Of a stretch of 64,000 nt of DNA, positions 55,370-64,000 are shown piece after piece. The stretch covers positions 110,050,001 to 110,114,000 of the forward strand of contig OX597820.1 in the NCBI GenBank assembly GCA_951406725.2, written 5' to 3'. Under the pieces are notes generated by a model. The model saw only the letters and a list, made by a program, of their open reading frames with translations. It was not told where the DNA came from and did not search any database. The translations under genes and the position numbers were made by a program. Position 1 is the first letter of the stretch. Each line of letters opens with the position of its first letter. This stretch comes from Octopus vulgaris (Eukaryota).

Positions 55370-56430
55370 ATGTGTTCAGTCCATCAAGGATGCCCCCTTT
55401 TGTTGCTTCTGTATGTATTGACTCCAGAGCCACTGTTATGAAAGTTGGCGATGCAGAGGGGCATCCCGCAGGAACTGGGATGCAGGAGGTGCATGTCTGC
55501 ATACGTGGACGTCACCGTCATAGTGTCAAGCCACAAGCATATCGACCTAATCGGCGAGACACTAAAAGAATATGAAGCAGTAACGGGAGTGAAAATTTAC
55601 TCAGAAAAGTCAGTGGGCTTGGGGCTCGGCACCTGGAGAGACAAGCTCATGCCATCCAACACTGGACCGGCAGACTGGTTAAATTGCTCGGGGTCTGGCT
55701 CAGACTAGACCTCCAAATGGAGAAGAACTGGGATGAGATAATGAGTAAGGTAGCCACTCTTACCCAGCAATGGGCTGAGAGAAAGCTATCTCTAAAAGGT
55801 CGGGCGGAGGTGGTAAAAATGTACATCGCATCTATCATCTATTACCACCTGACCACCATCCCTTGTCCTGACCCTACCATCACCAAACTGGAATGCATAT
55901 TCTTCCGCTTTTTGTGGAAGGGAAATGTTCCGATGGTTAGGTGATCCATTTGCTGTCAACACTCACTAAATGGAGGGCTGTTGTGGTTGATGATGTGCAG
56001 ACATGCACTGAGACTGTGACATCTCTGGCACTTCGTAGACGATGGTGAACAGATGTGGTTGCCGTTTGTGAGGCATGCTTTCCTGCAGCTCGTCTCTTTG
56101 GCTGAACTGCAGTCATGGATCAAATAGAGACCAAAGCTAGGCGAATGGCACCGTGAGTGCTGCCTTGCTCTCAAGCAACTTTGCTGTCCAGGACCAAACT
56201 TGTGTGACTTCAATTTCACATAGGCATTCTGTAGAGGATTAGTGGAGGGGAGGTGTGACGACATTCTTGGGGAGAATCTGGGTGTCAACGGGGAACACCT
56301 AACCCACCTCTTCAGGACAACTTTGGGGCCGGGACCTATGGACAATCATCAGAGATCTCTGACCTGGCAGTGCTATCAGGAAGCATTGCCTGTTGAGGAT
56401 AAGCTCTACAGGTACAGTTCGAGATACACT
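55370..56430 (+). mobile_element. Decayed L1/Tx1-clade LINE RT fragment
   Basis: SAYVD(D)VTVIV; YEAVTGVKI; LGVW...NWDEI; RKLSLKGRA; FRFLWKG. Confidence 0.85.
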
Positions 56431-56979
56431 GCACCAGTCCACACAGATGGCAAAATTAGTAATAGCTTTATTTCAAAAGGCCACTCTAATTACATTCTGT
56501 GTCATGCTGAATCTTCCAGCATGTTAATTTCAGCAAACAAGCTGTTCTGTGGATTGAATCAACTGGAACACTCATCATTGTAACTGATGGAGTGTCAGTT
56601 AGTTGTTTTCTATTTACATCTAGGTGGAGTAAGCCATTTCAGAGTTGACAACAGATGTGCAGTACGGATGACTGGATATGAACCACAAATCTCTCAGTTG
56701 ATTGTCTTCTATCAACTCACTCATCTATATCTTCTCTCCAGAATATATTGATCCCTACTTGACATTGTGTTGTTATTAAAAAAATTCTATATATTTGATA
56801 AAACAAATAGTATTTGCATGCTCCTTTGTTCCTGCGTGTGTGTGTATGTGTTATCAACTGTTTTCTTTACCACATTATTTTAATAACAAATGACAGATTG
56901 TTGGTAAAATGGATAACAACTTGCAAATTCTACTATCTTCTATATCCATGTCTTTTTCCTATTTCCTTTCCTTCCACCA

Positions 56980-57103
56980 TTTCTTCTTCTTCTTCTTCTT
57001 CTTCTTCTTCTTCTTCTTCTTCTTCTTCTTCTTCTTCTTCTTCTTCTTCTTCTTCTTCTTCTTCTTCTTCTTCTTCTTCTTCTTCTTCTTCTTCTTCTTC
57101 TTC
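56980..57103. repeat. (TTC)n trinucleotide microsatellite
   Basis: Seen directly. Confidence 0.97.
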
Positions 57104-57251
57104 TCCTCCTCCTCCTTCCTCCATATTCTACTCCTCTCATCCATTTGTACTTATTTTTTTCTCCTATTCTGTCTTCAACATTGCACATTAATGTTGGCAG
57201 AAGCATTAGCATGCTGGGCGAAATGCTTTATTTCGTCTGTCTTTACATTTA

Positions 57252-57612
57252 TAGGAGCAGGAGTGGCTGTGTGGTAAGTAACTTGCTTACCAACCACATG
57301 GTTACAAGTTTGGTCTCACTGCGTGACACCTTGGGCAAGTGTTTTCTACTATAGCCTCAGGCCGACAAAAGCCTTGTGAGTGGATTTGGTAGATGGAAAC
57401 TGAAAGAAGCCTATCATATATATGTGTGTGTGTGTTTGTCACCCCAACATCACTTGACAACTGATATTGGTGTGTAACTTAGTGGTTCAGCAAAAAGGAC
57501 CAATAGAATAAATACTAGGCTCACAAAGAATAAGTCCTGGGGGTCAATTTGCTCACTGAAGGTGGTGCTCCAGCATGACCACAGTCAAATAACGGAAACA
57601 AATAAAAGAATA
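57252..57612 (+). mobile_element. tRNA-derived SINE
   Basis: Same family as 32891-33268. Confidence 0.85.
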
Positions 57613-58449
57613 ACAGAAAGTTACCATCTCCTATGGTTCTTATTTACAGTCAAATGAACAAGGCCATTTGAGAGATAGCAGATGTCACTTTGCTTCTGAA
57701 AACATATTATCTACTGACCAACTGCATGATGTTGAATGGTCAGTATGGTGTTCTACGAGCTGTGGTTTTCCCCCTCTGTCAGCCAGTTCTCCTCATCACA
57801 ATTGATGGAAAAATATAAACATGTTTGTCTATCTACCATGTGGTTCAGTCAGTGCTAACAAAGTTTATAGAGCAAGAAAACTAATCAATCAAGACTAAAA
57901 CTGTCATTCAATTGAGGAAAACAAATCAGTGCTTGATTGTTTCTCTCTCTCTCTCTCTCTCTCTATTCCTCATATAGTATTCTTTTCTTCTGTTATATAT
58001 GTAGATGGATCGATATATGTTTAGGTAACATCAGCTGGTTAGGTAACATCACAAGTAGTGTTCTTTGTTTCCATTCTTCAATGAAAATATGTCTGACGAT
58101 GGGGAAATATGTTTCTTGGAATTAGTTGAAGGTTGTCAACAGGAAGTAGAAATATCATTATTTCTAATTCTCTCTAAAGGAGACTACAGCAGCAGTACTG
58201 GATATTAATAGTTATCGCCAAGCTAACATGGCAATCCAGAAAAATAGGACAAATGCTGCCGTTGATTAGCTCCAAAAGGCCATCGCCTCTAGCTAGCTAT
58301 GTGACACACAAACCTCAGGAAGGTTATCTGAAAATCTACCTTGGTAAACTCTATCCAACCTATGCAAGCAAATATAGACAGATGTTAAAATGATGATGTC
58401 TATCCATCCATCCATCCATTGTGTGTACCTGTATGTATGTGTGTGTGTG

Positions 58450-58493
<44 letters not shown>

Positions 58494-58929
58494 TTCCATG
58501 ATGGTAAGATCAATAAAAAGGTATTCCATCTGGTGGGAGATAAATAATAAACACAAGATATGTTTTTATGTGCTACTATTAGTTTTATGCAATGAGAGCA
58601 TGCAAGTCAGTATTTTTTAACATGTCTGGTGTGTCAGCACAATCTTCAGGCACTGCCCACATGGCATAACAAACTAAAAATGGGACAGTGGGATGAGAGA
58701 AAAAAAACAAGAAAAAAGTAGATATTAAAGGTGGAAGGTTGAAAGTCCAGAGAATGGAAAAGAAAACAGAAAGAAGCAAAAGCAGTGGTGGGAGGGGAAT
58801 TAAAGTTATTTCCCCTTTGACTGTAAAATATAAGGCTGAAAAGATAGTGGCTTAGATTCTGTGGTACAGCTGTTCAATCAGGTGTGGGTGGCACTTTCCA
58901 ATTTGTCAACAGGAACTTAGCCATATGCT

Positions 58930-59550
58930 TACAACTGCTGAAAATTTTAGATCTAGAATTCAGCAGAAACATAAATAATAAAATTAGAAAGACTACTGGG
59001 CTACAACAATGGAATAACAGTTATACTGTAATTGATTGGTTCAAGAACATTAAGAATAAGCTTAGGGCTAGATTTACTCAGTTTGACATTATAGATTTTT
59101 ATCCTTCCATATTGAGATCACTGCTTGATAAACCCATTGAGTTTGTTAAATCATATGTTGATATAGACTTGGACTTTATCATGCATGCAAGGAAAATACT
59201 ACTGTTTAGTAAGAGCTCTGCATAGATAAAAATTTCGATAATGATGAAATGTTTGATGTATCAATGGGATTGTATGGGATAGTGCTGACATCTGCCATCT
59301 TGTGGGTCTCTTTGTATTAAACACATTGAGATCTAAGTACCCATCTCACAATGTTGGTCTATACCGAGATGACAGATTAGGTATTTCCCGCTAAAGAAAT
59401 GTTTGAGAATGCAGCCCTCTACTACAACAGTGACCTAGCCAATAGTGGCTAATATTAATAGGAATAATAATAATAAACCTAAAAATAGACCTAGGTGAAT
59501 AATATGGTGTGCTCCTCTTTTTTCCCCCTTGATGTAAAAGCTAACATAAG
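58930..59550 (+). mobile_element. Decayed Naiad-type PLE reverse transcriptase fragment
   Basis: LQQWNNSYTVIDWF; FTQFDIIDFYPSI; FDVSMG; ICHLVGL; VGLYRDD. Confidence 0.85.
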
Positions 59551-59551
59551 T

Positions 59552-60365
59552 ACTTCACTGTACTGACAACATCCCTGTACATAGCTTGTACAGCTCGCAC
59601 CACCCACTCATCTATCCCAAGCTTCTGTATTGACCACCAGATAAGGGAGCAGGGGACCCTGTCAAAGGCTTTCCCCATGTCAACAAAAACCAAGTACAGA
59701 GGTTTATCTTTGGCTAAATACTTCTCCTACAGCTACCTTACCAGGAATATAGCATCAGTAGTGCTTCTCCCTGGCACAAAACCAAACTGCATCTCATCTA
59801 GACTAACTCTATTCCTAATTAGTTGAGCTATGACTATCTCTATAACTTTCATGACATGGTCTTGCAATTTGATACCCCTGTAATTATTTCTACCTAAGGC
59901 ATCACCTTTACCTTTGTAGCAGTTGGCTGTGGTGCTGCTACACCAGTCATTGGGTATGACTCCTTTGTAGACAACCTGATCAACTATACGGGTTACTAGA
60001 TCATATTCCACTCTGTTAGATATTTTAAGCATCTCAGTGGTGATTCCTGATGGACTGGAGACTTTATCCATCTACATAACCTAAATTGTTTTATCTACCA
60101 AGCTACTGTCTATTTGAATTGCTGTTGATCTGCATGAGGCAGACTCCCCTTCTGTGTATTCTCTACCTTTAGCATCCTTTCATAGTGGCACTTCCAAGCC
60201 ACTTTCTTTGCAGAGTGAACCATCATCCATGAGAATGCACTTCTCTCCTACTACATCACAATTTTACCTGACACACTGTCTTACAAACCGAAACACTTCA
60301 AGCCACTGTTCCTCACACCACAGAGCATTGGCATTCCTTTCTGCTTCATCCCTGGCTAAGTATAA
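59552..60365 (-). mobile_element. RTE LINE RT fragment, same family as 18760-20980
   Basis: GVIPNDWCSS...YKGKGDALGRNNYRGIKL...QFGFVPGRSTTDAIFLVR. Confidence 0.9.
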
Positions 60366-60367
60366 GT

Positions 60368-60630
60368 GCAGTGGAGGTGTATGGCTTAGTGGTTAGGGTG
60401 TTGGCCGCATGAGCATAAGATTGTGGCTTCATTCCTGGACCAGGCAACACATTGTGTTCTTGAGCAAAATGCTTCATTTTACGTTACCCCAGTCCACTCA
60501 GCTGGCAAAAGTTAGTAATCCTGCAATGGACCAGCATCCTGTCCAGTTGGAGAATGTATACACCATGAAAACCGGGGAACTGGCCCTTATAAGTTGGCAT
60601 GACTCAAGAAGGTAATTTAACTTTACTTTA
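60368..60630 (+). mobile_element. tRNA-headed SINE of a third family
   Basis: TGGCTTAGTGGTTAGGG A-box-like head and TGTTCTTGAGCAA body. Confidence 0.6.
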
Positions 60631-61004
60631 AGTATAATTTTCTCCTAGCTACCTGATATAGTTCCTTGCTACCACCACCCTTCTTGTCCTTCCAGGCTTG
60701 CTTCTTCACTCAAATATGCCCTGTCAACTACACTGTTCCACTACCTTTTTGTATCTAAACATATATACATTTTTTGCATTCTTTGTATTTAATGTATTAA
60801 AAAATAAGAAGTTTTGAATGGTACAACAATGCACTATAATACAAACAATGTGCTATATACCTGTTGTAACTTAGTCATCCATAGTCTGATATGATATTGC
60901 GGAATAATATTCCTTCTTCAGATATACTTAGATGGAGTCGCTGCTATAATCAGTTTTCTAACGGCTTTTCTTTTTTATAAAAAAAGATAAAAAAGAAAAG
61001 CCGT

Positions 61005-61320
61005 TAGAAATTCAGAGAGCTCCTACCTCTGTTGGCAACAAAGGGCCTCTCCCTCAGATTGATGCCTGTGTGCCAAGAGCTATGCTACGTGGCAGTGAAA
61101 CATGGGCTGTGACTGCCTTAGGCTTGAAAGAAATGAACCTGGCATGCTTTGCTGGATGTGCAGTGTCAGTGTGCATGTACGACTGTAAGCATCTTGATCG
61201 AGAAAAGCTGGGCATAAGAGGCATCAGATGTGATGTGCAAGTAAGACAACTGTGCTGCTATGATCATACTGATCTCTAAATGTGGAGGAAACATGTAGAA
61301 GAGGTAGACCCAGGAAGATG
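61005..61320 (+). mobile_element. RTE C-terminal fragment
   Basis: KFRELLPLL; AMLRGSETWA; REKLGI; RGRPRK. Confidence 0.75.
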
Positions 61321-61443
61321 GTGTTCGTTGGGTGTTACTAACTCCATGACACTCACGAGAGTGTTCGTTGGATTGTTACTAAACTCCATGACACTCATGA
61401 TAGTGTTTGTTGGATTGTTACTAAACTCCACAACAGTCACTCA
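61321..61443 (+). repeat. About 41-bp tandem repeat, 3 copies
   Basis: GTGTTCGTTGGATTGTTACTAAACTCCATGACACTCA units. Confidence 0.85.
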
Positions 61444-62244
61444 TTGAGATATTGGCTATTTTTATGCCATGTCTATGATAAAAATCCAACAAGACTTGTT
61501 TGAATTGTTGTGAGCTCTAGTAGTTAGTATGAAAGATTAGCTAGTGTGAAATTTAAGTCATAATTTTCTACGACAAAATTAATTTACTTTCCAATTGTAC
61601 TATAAATGCTAAATGTACATAAATAAACTAATGTAGTAATTATTTTCTCTTTCTTCACATTTATCAACTTGTTAATGAAATTTATTTCTGTAATTATGAA
61701 ACTGTGTATTTTTTTATAGCAGTTAAAAGAACACGAATTTGTTTATCTTCAACATACATGCATGCATAAAATGTCCATTAGTGTTTCTGAGTATATATTC
61801 CTCGCTATAGCGTTTATGTAGCTGGAGTTAGAATTTACATATAATGATAAAACTTATAAGTAAGTTATAAGTGACGGGTTTATCAATATATATTCCTACT
61901 TTGAAAGTAAAATATATTTATTATCTATTTCCAAATAGGAAACATATAAAAATAGTGTTACACAAATGGTAACAAAATGTAGCTATAAAAAGTGGTGACT
62001 GGCTATAAAACAGCCATATAAACCATGCCAAATCAGACTTAGGTCTGGAGCAGCCCCTCAACTTACCCGCTCTGATCAAACTGTCCAACCCATGCTATTA
62101 TGAACAAGAGATGTTAAATGATGATGATGATGATGATATACATATTTATTTATGTGTGTGTCTGTATTTGTGTATATTTATATGAATACATATGTATGAA
62201 TGTGTGTGTGTGTATATATATATATGTGTGTGTGTGTATACATG

Positions 62245-63075
62245 CCCAACCCACACTAACCTGTTGATTCCCTACTGATTCCCTCCATCTCCATCAGCTC
62301 TGTAGAGACAACAATGATTTCGTGACACAATCTCAACTTGTGGCTTGCCACTTCAGCCAACAGGAATACTCCCACTGTTATTCAAGCTACCCTTGCCCAT
62401 GCTAGGTCTGTTGACTGTGCATCCACACACTCTCCTTAAGCCTGCTCCACACTTACCCACCTCTCTTTCCTCCTTAGCTACCATCCCTCCACTCTACCCC
62501 TTCAGTGCACTATTTTATGCATTTTCCATCACTCCTATCCAACCCCTCCACCTCCTGCATGTTCCCCAACCTGTTCCTCCTTTTTTCAAATGTGCCCATA
62601 ACCTATGTGACCTACTGGTCAGTAATTCTTTTCCCACTTCCAACACTCAACCTGGCTCCTTCCTTTGCTATCACCTTTCGAACACAACCATTTTCACCAG
62701 TACCCACGACCACTTCTTCTACATCTCCAACTCCTTCACTTTTGCCTCTGGCAATCTAATTTACTGCACCCTCTGCTCTCTTTGCCACTCCTTGTGCACT
62801 GGACAAACTAGTCAGTGCCTTTCTGATAATTTTGTCAAATACCTTGAGGACATCAGATGCAGTAATGACATCCCAGTCATGTGACATTTCCACTAGACTG
62901 GTTATTCACTACAATATGTGTCTGTGTTCAAATTGGCCTTGCACAGAGGCCACCTAAACTCCTGTCTTCATCGGAAGCAGAGATTAATTTTCTTTCTCCA
63001 TACTTCAGTCCCTCATGGTCTAAATTCTCCACTCATTTTCATTTAATCCCCTCCTACACTCATGCACACAACATG
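62245..63075 (+). mobile_element. Decayed Neptune-type PLE (linker plus GIY-YIG)
   Basis: NLCDLLV; FTFASGNLIYCTLCSLCHSLCTGQT...L.D.F..YLEDI. Confidence 0.7.
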
Positions 63076-63102
63076 CCTGAAGTACTCTCTGCCTGTTATT
63101 GC

Positions 63103-64000
63103 TGGTTAGTTAGTTAGTTGTAGGGGGACATGGAGTTATGTACAAGGTGGTGTTCATGCAAAGAGTTCTGGTCAAGAGAGACTTTGAACCGAGCGGTCAT
63201 CGGCATCTTCACTATCTCGTCTGACAGCTTATTCCACGGATCCGCAACCCGGACGGAGAAAGCCCCTCTCCTTCAATTGAGATGAAATCGTCGCAGATAG
63301 AGCTTTTTGGAGTGACCCCGCAGCCGATGCTCTGGAGCAGGAGTGAAGAACAGCTCTTTCGAGAGGTTACACCTTCCGCTTATGATGTTGTGAGCAAGAA
63401 TGAGATCACCACAGCGGCGGCGTTTTTCTAGAGAATAAAGGTCGAGCATCTTCAGTCTTTCTTCATACGACAAATGCTTGAGACCAAGGACCATGCGGGT
63501 AGCCAGCTTCTTGGCTCTTTCGAGATGATGTATGTCTTTGAGGAGATAAGGAGAAGAGGCTTGGATCCTGTACTCCAATATGGGTCTCACCAGCGTGACA
63601 TAGAGCGGTAGGAATATGGCTGCTGTGAGCATTCCGAATGACCATCGAATCAAAAACAGAACTCCGGGTGCTTTGTTGGCAGCATGGACGCACTGGGCTG
63701 AAGGCGAAAAGGAAGAATCCACTAAGATACCCAGGTCCTTTACCTGGTCGGTCCTCTCCAGCAGCAGACGACCCGGCTCGAAATCAAGTTGAGTTGCAGG
63801 AGAAGAGCCAACAGGCAGATGACAGCACTTTGACACATTCAGGCACAGGTCCCATTCGTTAGACCATCTCCAAACTTGGTGGAGGCATCGACGAAGATCA
63901 TCTATATCACTGCGAGGAGTGACCAGTTTGACATCATCGGCAAATAGAAGGGTGTGTTGTGTGAGGTCGTCAGGCAAGTCATTTGTGAAGACTAAGAACA
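63103..64000 (-). mobile_element. 3' part of a CR1/L2-group LINE (RT C-terminus) running off the window edge
   Basis: LLFADDVKL; KDLGILVD; LYVTLVRPILEY; SYEERL; LRGH; (CTAA)n tail. Confidence 0.93.

Noticed and set aside
56814-57277. Poly-S/F/E/R/K ORFs, and the poly-D/E ORF at 17395-17625
   Set aside because: They arise from (TTC)n and (CAT)n trinucleotide repeats.
61321-61443. CRISPR-like repeat array
   Set aside because: The units are head-to-tail without unique spacers, the context is eukaryotic, and there are no cas genes.
61720-61790. Next transporter exon after tttttttatag (another candidate lies near 57650)
   Set aside because: The translations show no SLC1A similarity and the donor sites are weak or missing.

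Overview
AT-rich, repeat-dense animal genomic DNA, most likely a coleoid cephalopod (Octopus). That assignment is inferred from the tRNA-headed SINE families, RTE, CR1-group, Tx1 and R4 LINEs, many Penelope-like elements (PLEs) and kilobase (TA)/(CA) microsatellite fields. Nearly all long ORFs in the supplied track are microsatellite artefacts. The only host-gene sequence I can support is two small + strand exons (42632-42716 and 54099-54141). They splice in frame to ...AEDLFADLIR|NIFPDNIIGASFRQ, typical of an SLC1A/EAAT amino-acid (glutamate) transporter, so most of the window is probably intron. The rest is nested transposons: a near full-length CR1-group LINE with a CCCH-finger ORF1, Naiad- and Neptune-type PLEs with hammerhead ribozyme motifs, mariner, DD37D, piggyBac and Helitron remnants, several long inverted repeats, and a probable inversion with a 1.44-kb inverted duplication. 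The most unusual signal is a non-coding, hammerhead-tailed element (10056-11880) with two GC-rich patches. These read as A-to-G converted versions of the surrounding CA/AT-rich sequence, and the surviving A residues follow ADAR 5'-neighbour rules. This is a candidate A-to-I hyper-edited RNA written back into the genome by retrotransposition; it is an inference that needs confirmation in raw DNA reads.
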